Positions 1 to 8,977 of a stretch of 33,686 bases of DNA are shown piece after piece. The position numbers and the translations under genes are program-made. The DNA lies in assembly GCA_964408285.1 (NCBI GenBank), contig CAYOYV010000017.1:1-33686 (forward strand), in the 5' to 3' direction. The DNA comes from an uncultured Nitrososphaerota archaeon. GTDB lineage: Archaea; Thermoproteota; EX4484-205; JAAOZO01. Position 1 is the stretch's first letter, and each line of letters begins with the position of its first letter. The notes beneath the pieces are model-generated. The model worked only from the letters and a program-made list of their open reading frames with translations. It did not search any database and was not told the origin of the DNA.

Positions 1-62
1 CCGGTCAATTGGACTGAAACTTTCTAGGGCTAACAATGAGCCGGGCGCGATTTCGACAATTG

Positions 63-713
63 CTATGAGGCTATTTCGATTTTTGCTACTAAGGAATCGT
101 CTTCCTCAATAAGATCGGCCAATTTGACGTCCTTGACCTCCGGGACCGCAAAGCTGATTATCTTTCCCATTTTGGCTAAGTCCTCATGACAATTCTCAAT
201 CATCTCATCAGTACGATAGTTCTGTCCTATTACCCAAAGAATACGCATATTCTCATTACGCTGGATCATATACTTGATGCCTAACTCGTATTCGATAACT
301 ACATCCTTCTTAGGACTTGTGTTTGATTTCAAACGATCTGAAACCAACTTCTGAGCAAGACCGTCGATTTTCTTACTGTTTTTCGCGAGTTTCTCCCTAA
401 GTTTTTCGAGTTGATATGTCTCCCATGGTTCGTCGTGGGGGCCCTTTTCTCCTTTTTCGTAAAGCAGAAGGCCGATCCACTTAACACTGCCAATAGATAT
501 GGCAATAAGGTCATCGATGGTTTCTCTCGTTCGATTTGGGTGATCGAAACAGGCATATAGATGGTAGTGATATCCTCTTTCTAGATAGAAGCTCAGTAGT
601 TCCACACATGCCCTTACCGTCTTTTGTGTCCAAGATTTCCTTGACACAATCTCGCCCCTTTTTGAGGCCTCTTCTAAGAAACCATCACCTTTCCATAGAT
701 CCACTTTCGTCAT
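63..713 (-). CDS. Hypothetical protein, third gene of cassette A
   Basis: 216-aa ORF overlapping the end of the LAGLIDADG gene; no motif recognised. Confidence 0.7.
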   Translation of the reverse strand: MTKVDLWKGDGFLEEASKRGEIVSRKSWTQKTVRACVELLSFYLERGYHYHLYACFDHPNRTRETIDDLIAISIGSVKWIGLLLYEKGEKGPHDEPWETYQLEKLREKLAKNSKKIDGLAQKLVSDRLKSNTSPKKDVVIEYELGIKYMIQRNENMRILWVIGQNYRTDEMIENCHEDLAKMGKIISFAVPEVKDVKLADLIEEDDSLVAKIEIAS

Positions 714-1614
714 CTAGCCTCTTCTCCTTAACAATCTCCAGCGCTCTCTTTATAGCTTCCACATGTTGCTTCTTAAAGCTCCCTATTCCTCTGATGTACC
801 TGATCTTATCCCGCCGGGTCTCCACTGCTAATCGGAAAGTTCCATCTTTGCTGTCGTAAAGGCAAGAGCATATGTCAAAATTCTCTTTCAAGAGCGTTGC
901 AATCTCCTCTAACCCCTTTCTGTTTATTGAGTAAAAACGTACTTCAAGAGGAAGGGTTCTAAAATGATCGGATCTAGGATAAAGTCCTATGTTGCCATCG
1001 GCACTCATGAAGCATTTCAGGAATATCATAGCTGACTCCTTGTCGAGGTATTCGAATGGGACGTTCCAGTCCCCTGTCGCCTTCGGAGTATATTCATTCA
1101 AGTCTCTGACGATATCCTTACTTGCTTTAACTAGCTCGAAGAAATGCCGTCTCTCTTTATGAGGGTATTTGCCCATAGATACTCTATATGTTTCGTTCAT
1201 GAACTCTTGGAACTTCTCTAGAAGTTCGTCAGAACTGCTGCCATATCTGACTTGGTACTTGTGTCTCTTTGTGTTGTACATTAAGCTTCCATCCGAGCTG
1301 ATGAAGGCTATCATTCCAGCTTTTGCTGGCGAGAGGATCTCTCTAACTGCTGTGGCGGAAACCTCCAAGAGCATTCCTTTTTCTAGCTTGAATAAGGCCC
1401 GGTCCTCTAAGATGGTTTTTGCCTCCTTATACGTACCTATGATCTCGTTACCTTTTCTCAATATGTATCCGTTGTCCCCAATCTCAATATCATAGTCTCC
1501 TATGCGCACGTGCTCAACGGATATCGACTCCGAGCATAACAACTCGTGCGATTGAACTTCCTCGCCTAAGCCAAACCTGCTTTCGACTTGAGCTAGCCTC
1601 TTTCCTGATCCCAT
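685..1614 (-). CDS. Free-standing double-motif LAGLIDADG (DOD) homing-endonuclease-like protein
   Basis: Motifs AGMIAFISSDGSL and FLKCFMSADGNI, followed by typical segments VRYGSSSDELLEKF and VRFYSINRKGLEEIATLL; no intein splice motifs seen. Confidence 0.85.
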   Translation of the reverse strand: MGSGKRLAQVESRFGLGEEVQSHELLCSESISVEHVRIGDYDIEIGDNGYILRKGNEIIGTYKEAKTILEDRALFKLEKGMLLEVSATAVREILSPAKAGMIAFISSDGSLMYNTKRHKYQVRYGSSSDELLEKFQEFMNETYRVSMGKYPHKERRHFFELVKASKDIVRDLNEYTPKATGDWNVPFEYLDKESAMIFLKCFMSADGNIGLYPRSDHFRTLPLEVRFYSINRKGLEEIATLLKENFDICSCLYDSKDGTFRLAVETRRDKIRYIRGIGSFKKQHVEAIKRALEIVKEKRLDDESGSMER

Positions 1615-2735
1615 CTATCTAACCTCTGAATTGTCTGCAGCAGGTTGTGAAGAGCGAGGGATTTCCTATCTTCCTTAAGTTCATAAGCGCTTCTACCCTT
1701 GCAAGCATCACAATCGCATTCTTCGAACCTCACATCCGTGTCTGTAAGAAAGAATGAATTGACGCCCCTAAAGTATAGCCCCTTCCTTGCACTGAGGAAC
1801 CAAGATAGCCCAGAGTAGACGAACCTTTCTTTCGATTTCATCAGAGGATACGAAAGACCATAGAGCAATATTCGTATGTCACTCTCGCTGCTGTGGAGTG
1901 CCCTCATAATAGTCATCACCACATTGTCGATGAGGTCAAGTCTGGCGAGTTCGCGGCAGGGTAGGGCAAATAGTCGACAACCCAGTTGGAATTGCTTTTC
2001 AGCTGACCACCCTATTTGATTCTCCAGGGCTCCTTTGATCATACCTATTACTGGAATGTCAAGTTCAGAAAAAGAAGTGGCAAATTCAACACTTCTCATT
2101 GTTTGTTGCCAAGATAGGCATAAGGGATCGTCTAGGTAAGTGTAGACATCAGGAGTCATGGTCATGTCAGGTCGGACGTTTTTGATTATCTCAAGGTAAT
2201 CCCTGGGAGCCAGCTTCTCAAGGAGTTCATCCTCCATTACTGTCGATAGTAGAATATCGCCCTCAAAACCCAGAAAGCTGTGAAGTCCTTCAGAGGATAC
2301 CGTTTGCAGGAGAGTTCTGTTCTTGACAAGCTCGGCTAATCTAACCGCGACCCATCGAAGAGGAATATCTTGCCAGAACCACGACTTTTTATCAATCAGA
2401 GAAATTACTGGAACGAAGGTAGGGAGATTGGTCGTAGACTTCACCCTAAGACGAGGCATGTCCTGGATCTTGACGCTGGGATGAATCCTACCCAACGAAC
2501 TGCAGTATTCACGTATTGTACAGAATTCCTTGGGGTGTGTGATTCCAACGTAAGTTGTTCCGCGCTTGCACTTGGCTACCAAACAATCGCGAGTAATGCA
2601 ACCCGGACAATACCCACGGAATAACTCGCAATCAAGACACTTCTTACCGCATTTTCCATGGGTTTTCAATAATAGTGGGATGTAAAGCTGAGGCATATAA
2701 GGCATGAGCACACGCGCGCGAAGCGAAGTTACCAA
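1593..2735 (-). CDS. Divergent tRNA-guanine transglycosylase (TGT/DpdA)-like protein with N-terminal 9-Cys domain
   Basis: C-terminal TGT zinc motif CDCDAC...LALHNL; barrel segments TPDVYTYLDDP, PVIGMIKG, ILLYGL, YSGLSW. Confidence 0.75.
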   Translation of the reverse strand: MVTSLRARVLMPYMPQLYIPLLLKTHGKCGKKCLDCELFRGYCPGCITRDCLVAKCKRGTTYVGITHPKEFCTIREYCSSLGRIHPSVKIQDMPRLRVKSTTNLPTFVPVISLIDKKSWFWQDIPLRWVAVRLAELVKNRTLLQTVSSEGLHSFLGFEGDILLSTVMEDELLEKLAPRDYLEIIKNVRPDMTMTPDVYTYLDDPLCLSWQQTMRSVEFATSFSELDIPVIGMIKGALENQIGWSAEKQFQLGCRLFALPCRELARLDLIDNVVMTIMRALHSSESDIRILLYGLSYPLMKSKERFVYSGLSWFLSARKGLYFRGVNSFFLTDTDVRFEECDCDACKGRSAYELKEDRKSLALHNLLQTIQRLDRWDQERG

Positions 2736-2824
2736 ACGGCATGCGAGTGCAAATTATCAACTGAGATAATAGACGATGTTCAACCACTCTTCGCAAAAAC
2801 GCTGCTAAGACGAAGCCTATTAAT

Positions 2825-2838
2825 GAAAAGCTTAAAAT
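2825..2838 (+). promoter_or_regulatory. BRE/TATA promoter of tRNA-Ser
   Basis: GAAAAG-CTTAAAAT, with the TATA element starting 33 nt before the tRNA 5' end; similar spacing at Thr (4688), Trp (~9434), Ile (12640), Ala-CGC (14799) and Ala-TGC (~29806). Confidence 0.65.
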
Positions 2839-2863
2839 CGACTGAACCATTCTTTCAACGAGT

Positions 2864-2963
2864 GCGAGGGTCTCCTAGCCTGGTAGAGCCGAGCGCCAAT
2901 GGAGCAAGCCTGCTAAGCTTGTGACCCTTACGGGTCTCCCGGGTTCGAATCCCGGCCCTCGCG
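2864..2963 (+). tRNA. tRNA-Ser(GCT) with 14-nt D-loop intron (2887-2900)
   Basis: Acceptor GCGAGGG/CCCTCGC, anticodon arm CAAGC-CTGCTAA-GCTTG, long variable arm GACCC/GGGTC, GTTCGAATC; BHB helix TGGT/GCCA with AGA and ATG bulges. Confidence 0.93.
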
Positions 2964-3046
2964 TCCTCGAGAGGGACGACCCAATACAACTCTCTAATGT
3001 TGACGTTCTTTCTCCTTCAGTTTCAAGCTAATCTTCCGGAAGAATT

Positions 3047-4540
3047 CTAACCGACCTTCTTCCATCTAACACCATCTACTGTGTCCTCCAAGATTATTCC
3101 AAATTCATCCCTCAGGCGTTTCCTTATTGAGTCAGCAGTCTGATAATCCTTTCTTTTCCTCGCCTCTTCCCTCTCTTCTATCAATGCACTGACGTTTGGT
3201 GGAATTCGACCTTCTCTAACCGCGCGTTTCAAATCCAGGCCGAGGACCCGATCGAACGCCAGCATGGTGGCAACTAGCGTCCTAGCATCTTTCTTACTCA
3301 TATCTTTGGCATCGATGAGACGATTGACTTGTTTCATGAAATCGAACAATGAAGCCAATGCCTTTGGCGTATTCAGATCATCATTCAATGCGTTAGTGAA
3401 TTCTGCTTTTTCTTTTTCAACCAGAGCCTCGAACTTTCGGTTTGATCTGTTGCCGTGAAAATCATTCAGTCTACGGATGAAGTCATAGAAAGAGTTCAGA
3501 GCATGTTGGGCCGCATCCAAAGCCGGAAATGTGAAATTGAGCTGACTTCTATAGTGGGCCTGCAAGTAGAAGAACCGTAGGGCCAGCGGGTCATACCCCC
3601 TTGTGACGATATCGTTAAGGGTGAAGTAGTTACCGAGGGACTTCGCCATTCTCTTTCCCTCTGATATCAAATGGGCACAATGTATCCAGTACTTTACGAA
3701 TTTCTTACCAGTTGCTGCCTCAGATTGCGCTATTTCATTTGTGTGATGTATCGGTATATGATCCACGCCACCACAATGTATATCGAAGCTTTCTCCGAGG
3801 TATTTCATCGACATAGCCGAACATTCAATATGCCAACCGGGGAAGCCAACTCCCCAAGGCGAGTTCCACTCCATGTCTCTCCTCTGGTCTCTGGGGGAGA
3901 ACTTCCATAATGCGAAATCGTATGGGTTTCTCTTCTGTGGATTGACTTCTATCCGGGCCCCCGGCATTAATCCCCCTAGTCTGAGTCTGGCTAGCTTGCC
4001 GTAATCCTTCAGCTTCGAGGTATCAAAATAAACTCCATCGTCTATTACGTAGGTAAATCCTCTCTTCTCCAGTCTCTGAATCAGCCTAATCATATCCTTG
4101 ATGTGCTTCGTTGCTTTCGGAGTGAAACGTGGCGATTTTATGTTCATCCTCTTAGAGTCCTCGAAGAACTCTCTGGTGTAGAATTCTGCTATCTCCCACG
4201 CGGTTCTCCTATCTCGCTTGGCCCCTACCTCCATCTTATCCTCTCCGGTATCTGCGTCTGATGTCAGATGCCCAACGTCCGTTATGTTCATTACATGTTT
4301 GACCCTGAATCCATTCAATTCAAGAACTCTCCTCAGTACGTCTTCGGAGACATAGGTCCTCAGATTCCCTATGTGAGCATAATCATAGACCGTAAGACCA
4401 CAAGCGTAGAGTCTTATCCGTTTGTCTTTCAGAGGCCTTACCGCTTCCTTTTTCCTACTCATGGTATTGAAGATCCTAAGCGGACTTATCTTGCGTTTCA
4501 TAATGGCAGCCCTAGTTCGCATAGTTGGCCTTTCACTCAT
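3047..4540 (-). CDS. cysS: Cysteinyl-tRNA synthetase
   Basis: CGLTVYDYAHIGN, DFALWK, PGWHIECSAM, DIHCGGVD, RMAKSLGN; the true start may be a later Met. Confidence 0.97.
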   Translation of the reverse strand: MSERPTMRTRAAIMKRKISPLRIFNTMSRKKEAVRPLKDKRIRLYACGLTVYDYAHIGNLRTYVSEDVLRRVLELNGFRVKHVMNITDVGHLTSDADTGEDKMEVGAKRDRRTAWEIAEFYTREFFEDSKRMNIKSPRFTPKATKHIKDMIRLIQRLEKRGFTYVIDDGVYFDTSKLKDYGKLARLRLGGLMPGARIEVNPQKRNPYDFALWKFSPRDQRRDMEWNSPWGVGFPGWHIECSAMSMKYLGESFDIHCGGVDHIPIHHTNEIAQSEAATGKKFVKYWIHCAHLISEGKRMAKSLGNYFTLNDIVTRGYDPLALRFFYLQAHYRSQLNFTFPALDAAQHALNSFYDFIRRLNDFHGNRSNRKFEALVEKEKAEFTNALNDDLNTPKALASLFDFMKQVNRLIDAKDMSKKDARTLVATMLAFDRVLGLDLKRAVREGRIPPNVSALIEEREEARKRKDYQTADSIRKRLRDEFGIILEDTVDGVRWKKVG

Positions 4541-4720
4541 TGACTTACGGGTCCGGGAGCGGCCGTTATATCACTTTCTAATGGATTGAACTTGACTCAG
4601 GCATGAGATAGCGCGTCTGCTTTTCTTAAGGGCTCCAGTCGCGCGAGCCTGAAACCACGGGCTGGGTGATAGTACGAGTCCATATGATTTAAAAATTGGG
4701 CAACTACAGTCAAGAAGCGA

Positions 4721-4824
4721 GCCCTGGTAGCTCAGTCGGTAGATCATTGGGCCGAAAGCAACGGCCTTGTACGCTCGCCACATAAGAGAGCCGTCGGTCG
4801 GGAGATCGAGACTCCCCCAGGGCT
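4721..4824 (+). tRNA. tRNA-Thr(TGT) with two introns (4743-4756 D-loop; 4772-4788 at 37/38)
   Basis: Acceptor GCCCTGG/CCAGGGC, anticodon stem ACGGC/GCCGT; BHB helices CGGT/GCCG and CTTG/TAAG; T-loop reads ATCGAGA. Confidence 0.92.
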
Positions 4825-4941
4825 CCTTTAGCAAATGAGCTCTACTATCGATACTCACAACGGAGCCTCTTTCGAAAGTCTTGGACCCAGCCTTGCTCTG
4901 CAAGATGCATTTATTTTTCCAGTGCGCTTCTTAACGCTAGG

Positions 4942-5871
4942 ATGGAACTACCGGAAAACACTTCTTGGCCAAGGAGGCTTTTCATCAGACAATATTTCAA
5001 GAACCACGCTGAAACATTGGACTTCTACCTATTTCTACTCAAGCTCGGCCGCCTTTGGCGCCCAATTGATTGGGTAGTCAAGGAGGGTCTTGGCAGATAT
5101 ATGTCGGAGAACCTTCATTCTACTGTAGTCCTGCCCCTTGAAGAAATGATGGAAGTGATCGATGTTGTCAAGCAAGTCTCGGTCTCACGGTGCATTTGTA
5201 GGGTTCACTACCATAATTGCAGTCAAGATACATGGACATGCCTCTTCGTGAATTCAGGCGCCGAGGAGCATGCTAAGGTTGAAAACAGGTATAACAAGAT
5301 ATTGACTAAGGAAGAGGCAAAAGACATCCTGAAGAGGGCCTATGACAAGGGCCTCGTGGTTAGTCTCGACTGGTGCGTCTATCCCTATACCTATGGGGCC
5401 TGTTGTTGCTGCAGGGATTGTTGTGTCCCAATGAGAATGCGACTGGACTATGGTCTGGGCGTTGCGATGACCAGGACCCACCAACCAGTTATGGTTGGCC
5501 AGTGCACCAATTGCCGTTTGTGTGTATCAAGGTGTATCTCTCAGGCAATAACTCTAGCTGAAGAACCAGAATTTGACCAGAAAAAATGCATCGGATGCGG
5601 GCAGTGCTCATACATATGCCCTGAGGGAGCAATACAAATGCAAAGGATTGCACCGATCTTCCAAAAGTCGGAGCTTTCGACACTGAGGCTGGGTTTCAAC
5701 TTCGCTTTTTTCACTGCTTTGGTCCTTCCGGGACTGCTGGTCTACATACTGGTGAACAGGATCATATTAAGCAAATATCCAAGGGATGAATTCACAGAAC
5801 ATGGGACAGACGCTCACAGTTCCTTATCTGTACATGAATATCCCCTATCCATCCAACAGACTGATCAATGA
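4942..5871 (+). CDS. 4Fe-4S dicluster (ferredoxin) domain protein with C-terminal hydrophobic helix
   Basis: CTNCRLCVSRC and CIGCGQCSYICP motifs, plus CICR and CCCCRDCC clusters. Confidence 0.85.
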   Translation: MELPENTSWPRRLFIRQYFKNHAETLDFYLFLLKLGRLWRPIDWVVKEGLGRYMSENLHSTVVLPLEEMMEVIDVVKQVSVSRCICRVHYHNCSQDTWTCLFVNSGAEEHAKVENRYNKILTKEEAKDILKRAYDKGLVVSLDWCVYPYTYGACCCCRDCCVPMRMRLDYGLGVAMTRTHQPVMVGQCTNCRLCVSRCISQAITLAEEPEFDQKKCIGCGQCSYICPEGAIQMQRIAPIFQKSELSTLRLGFNFAFFTALVLPGLLVYILVNRIILSKYPRDEFTEHGTDAHSSLSVHEYPLSIQQTDQ

Positions 5872-5958
5872 TGGCTCCTTCATACTCAATGAAAGATCCA
5901 TGATGACCAAGGATCAAAATCAGCAAGGGGGGATTGTTTCTACGCAAACAAGCACTCT

Positions 5959-7014
5959 TCAGATCTTCTTATTCAGAAGAGTCTCGACTTCTTTCTGCAA
6001 CCTTAGAAGCCGTTTGGCTGCAAGATGATTTGGCCCGAATTTCTTTCTATATTGTTTTACTATCTGTGAAAACTGAACCTGCCGGCTTCCATTGACTAAC
6101 TTATCGGCATAGCTCACAACTTTCTCCTCAATGGTCCTCGGGCTGAGATCTCTCTCGACTCCTAGGATTTTCTTCGCCTCGGTCTTTCCGATTCCTCCCC
6201 CAACGTGCCTTTCTGCGATCAAGGCCAGTTCCTCGGGATAACCCTTCTCCCTAAGCAAGGTGGCTCCTATGAAACCATGCTCGACCCCATGTGTCTTTGT
6301 TCTTCCTATATCATGGAAAATCGCTCCGGCCAAGAGCAGCTCCTCATTGACGTGTATCTTCTTCGTCTTCAACTTCTCCATCAATGACTTGGTTGTCTCG
6401 ACTACTTTTTCAGAATGCCTGATGAGTTCACCTGAGGCACCTAGCTCAGAAAGAATTCTCCTTCCCTCTTCGACCGTGGGGTATGGCTGCATCTTCGTTG
6501 GCTCTACTCTTTCCTTGACGTCCCCTTCCAATAAGGATAACCTTTTCTCAAATCTTCCAATTAGCTCACCGACCTCAACTTGTTGGAGCGGCTTTACACA
6601 TATTGGGCATTTATAGAAAGACTCCATGGCCTCCTCGAAGGTGAGTTTCTTGTGTGCTGGGTCCCCACACTCGAAGAAGACATGAGAGCGAAGGTAGTCA
6701 AGCTTGGTCTTTATTTTCTCGGATACAACTCTCTTCATATTGGTTATGTATCCTTCTAATTGATCCACGGCTGGCGTCCAGAGATAGTATGTCTTCTGTG
6801 CTTCTGGTTCCCTTTTCTCCTCATAGCGCACTAGGCCCAGATTCAGCAATTTATACAAGGTTCGCCTTACGCTGGGAATTCTGAGATTCGCGTGATTTGC
6901 AATCTGTTCGTCTGTTGCGGATTTCAGCGTCATAAGGGCGGCTACTACGCCTGTTGCATCATCGCCGCCGACAACGCCTGCAATCTTGATGTAATAATCC
7001 TCCGGAGCCTGCAT
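5959..7014 (-). CDS. tfe: Transcription factor E (TFE/TFIIE-alpha) fused to HDIG-type HD-domain protein
   Basis: TDEQIA..VRRTLYKL..YYLW winged helix and FEEAMESFYKCPIC ribbon, then HSEKV, FHDIGR..HGVEHG, ERHVGGG and YADKL. Confidence 0.85.
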   Translation of the reverse strand: MQAPEDYYIKIAGVVGGDDATGVVAALMTLKSATDEQIANHANLRIPSVRRTLYKLLNLGLVRYEEKREPEAQKTYYLWTPAVDQLEGYITNMKRVVSEKIKTKLDYLRSHVFFECGDPAHKKLTFEEAMESFYKCPICVKPLQQVEVGELIGRFEKRLSLLEGDVKERVEPTKMQPYPTVEEGRRILSELGASGELIRHSEKVVETTKSLMEKLKTKKIHVNEELLLAGAIFHDIGRTKTHGVEHGFIGATLLREKGYPEELALIAERHVGGGIGKTEAKKILGVERDLSPRTIEEKVVSYADKLVNGSRQVQFSQIVKQYRKKFGPNHLAAKRLLRLQKEVETLLNKKI

Positions 7015-7046
7015 ATACTATAATGGTGCTTGGTAGAAGATAAGCT

Positions 7047-7622
7047 TCACTTCGGACTGCCTTCTCCGTCATCAGTCCTGCTTAGTAGCACCTTGCCTCT
7101 GGTGGATGGAGATATGACAAATCTGGGATTCTCGAATCTCAGTTCTAGCTCTTTGCCTTCATATAACCTGTCGAGAAATAGGCTCAGGGCCGATATTTCA
7201 GAATGGGGTTGCCCCGTTATGGCCAGATTGAGATCTGCCAATTGATAAGCCTCCCATGGCACTTTCTTCCCTCCCACGACTAAGAGGATCTTCGAACTGA
7301 CCCTCCTCACCTCGTCCATGTATTTCTCAAATGGGAGTCCATACATCGTAAGGTGAACAATCAGACATCCCTCGCCCTTCAGTCCCTTGACCAGGGTTTC
7401 CCAATCTTTTACCAACTCTGCCCTGAAGTGTCCTCCCCATTTGTCGACGACTTCCCTAATGCTCATTAGCAGACTCTCGTCCGGATCCCCTTGGATGAAG
7501 ATTCCTTGAGCTCCCAATGCCCTCGCTGCCAAAGCCAAGTGCGTTGTGACCCGTTTGTCTCGGAATGCCCTATGCCCCAACCTTAAGACAAGAACCTCCG
7601 GCCCGCTCAGAGTATTCTCCAT
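7047..7622 (-). CDS. trm56: tRNA (cytidine-56-2'-O)-methyltransferase
   Basis: VLRLGHRAFRDKRVTTH, VHLTMYG, QPHSEISAL (archaeal SPOUT family). Confidence 0.95.
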   Translation of the reverse strand: MENTLSGPEVLVLRLGHRAFRDKRVTTHLALAARALGAQGIFIQGDPDESLLMSIREVVDKWGGHFRAELVKDWETLVKGLKGEGCLIVHLTMYGLPFEKYMDEVRRVSSKILLVVGGKKVPWEAYQLADLNLAITGQPHSEISALSLFLDRLYEGKELELRFENPRFVISPSTRGKVLLSRTDDGEGSPK

Positions 7623-7636
7623 GTTCCATTACCTCC

Positions 7637-8086
7637 TCATGCTTGAAAGCCCTCCTCTTCAGTGACTTCCTCAACTAATCTTATCTTCATCACATTTTCT
7701 AGCTTGCGCAAATCCGCGATGCTGGGCGCGATTCTTTCTCCTTCAATCTTTCTTAGAAGGGATTCCTTGATTCCGACAAGCCTAGCAACCTCCTTGATGG
7801 CCATCCCCGATCTCTCTCTCTTCTCACGCACTCTTGTCCCATAGTTGTTGACTGGCTTCAAGGACAGTTCGGAAGGCGACTTTATGGGTTTCTGCCTAGG
7901 AGGCGCGTAGGTTGGTTTTCTAAGCTGTTTCTCATGTCTAAGAGCAGTCTGCCTATTCGTAGGGGAGACCGGAATAACTAGCTTCTTTGTCGCTGCGCAT
8001 TCCCTACAAGCATAGAGAATGGCCCCTCCGATTCTGACAATGAGAGGCCTACTAGGTATTTCTTTGCCGCAAATCTCACAGTTCAC
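7637..8086 (-). CDS. mbf1: Archaeal multiprotein bridging factor 1 (Zn-ribbon + HTH)
   Basis: CEICG...CREC ribbon and C-terminal XRE HTH; start reassigned to GTG at 8086 because the longer ORF overlaps the PUA gene. Confidence 0.88.
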   Translation of the reverse strand: MNCEICGKEIPSRPLIVRIGGAILYACRECAATKKLVIPVSPTNRQTALRHEKQLRKPTYAPPRQKPIKSPSELSLKPVNNYGTRVREKRERSGMAIKEVARLVGIKESLLRKIEGERIAPSIADLRKLENVMKIRLVEEVTEEEGFQA

Positions 8087-8140
8087 GTCCCCTCTTTCTC
8101 TCAAACAAGTTTTTATCTCTAATATCCAAGCACCCATCAA

Positions 8141-8626
8141 TTGCCATCCCTGCCTATTGAGGTGGAGTGTCAACTGCTGTATTGCCTTGCCGATTTCCAG
8201 TTCGGGAGAGGGGCTGGCAAAGCACTCTTTCCTAGGAACATAGATTTCACATACTCCAAGTATCTCAATAGACCGAAGACAGTATTCGACAGTATGGGGG
8301 TGATAGTAACCTTGAGCACAAAGACAGGGCTCCTCGTCCTTTCTCTGGAGGGCGCGAAGCGCCTTCACAGGAAGGTCAAACCGCCGAGATTGCGCGTGGT
8401 CGTTCAGAGCAATGTCGGCGAATTCATTAGGGCGGGAAAGTCGGTTTTCTGCAAACACGTTAGGAACATGGACAAGTCCCTAAGACCGGGGGACGAAGTA
8501 CTAATAGTGGATAGGTCAGATCATCTCCTTGGATATGGGCGGCTGGTTCTTCCTCCAGACCTCGCCTTAGGACTTAGAAGGGGAGTAGCCGCAAAGGTCA
8601 GAGGCGGCCTACCCCTTAAGGAGTAG
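8141..8626 (+). CDS. PUA-domain RNA-binding protein resembling the C-terminal part of archaeosine TGT
   Basis: ADFQFGRGAG..LF, GKSVFCKHV, LRPGDEVLIVD, GVAAKVR. Confidence 0.85.
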   Translation: MPSLPIEVECQLLYCLADFQFGRGAGKALFPRNIDFTYSKYLNRPKTVFDSMGVIVTLSTKTGLLVLSLEGAKRLHRKVKPPRLRVVVQSNVGEFIRAGKSVFCKHVRNMDKSLRPGDEVLIVDRSDHLLGYGRLVLPPDLALGLRRGVAAKVRGGLPLKE

Positions 8627-8959
8627 AATCGCCTGTGCAAGATCGCCCTTCACGGTAACCAAAGCCTTCTTCGCTTCATCCGGGCTTTTTCCTGTCTGCT
8701 GTGCTACGAGAAGTATGTCCTCCTCTGTTGGCACAAATTCCTCTTCCTCTCTGAACTCTTCAACTGTCTCTTCTGCGGCTATCTGATACATTACTTGCCC
8801 CTGTTGCTTTATCATCGTCACCGATGGATTCTTGAGGATTAACACCTTGTCTGAGGTAACTATCCTGACCTCTTGAACACCTTGAATTTCCTCTAAGTTG
8901 ATGCCCATCCTCTTGAATAGTCTTTCCTGTTCCCTTCTCGAGATCCGGCGGCCAGACAC
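8609..8959 (-). CDS. nac: Nascent polypeptide-associated complex protein
   Basis: KRMGINLEEI..V.EVRI NAC domain and UBA-like EDILLVAQQTG...GDLAQAI. Confidence 0.93.
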   Translation of the reverse strand: MSGRRISRREQERLFKRMGINLEEIQGVQEVRIVTSDKVLILKNPSVTMIKQQGQVMYQIAAEETVEEFREEEEFVPTEEDILLVAQQTGKSPDEAKKALVTVKGDLAQAILLLKG

Positions 8960-8977
8960 CTAGAGAGCACCCAGCTA

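Larger units (their letters stand above)
63..2735 (-). mobile_element. tRNA-linked TGT-like/LAGLIDADG cassette, subtype A, apparently intact
   Basis: Three overlapping minus-strand ORFs head-to-head with tRNA-Ser; same gene order as 30021-33447. Mobility is inferred from multi-copy occurrence, not from an integrase. Confidence 0.55.

Noticed and set aside
685-1614. Intein or intron host for the LAGLIDADG ORFs
   Set aside because: They have their own start and stop codons in different frames from their neighbours, with no visible splice-junction motifs or interrupted host gene.
5865-5925. ATGATGG/ATGA/ATGATGA boxes suggesting a C/D RNA
   Set aside because: No terminal CTGA D box at a suitable spacing.
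8087-8458. N-terminal extension of the MBF1 ORF
   Set aside because: It is antisense to the PUA gene, and MBF1 similarity begins at the CEICG ribbon.
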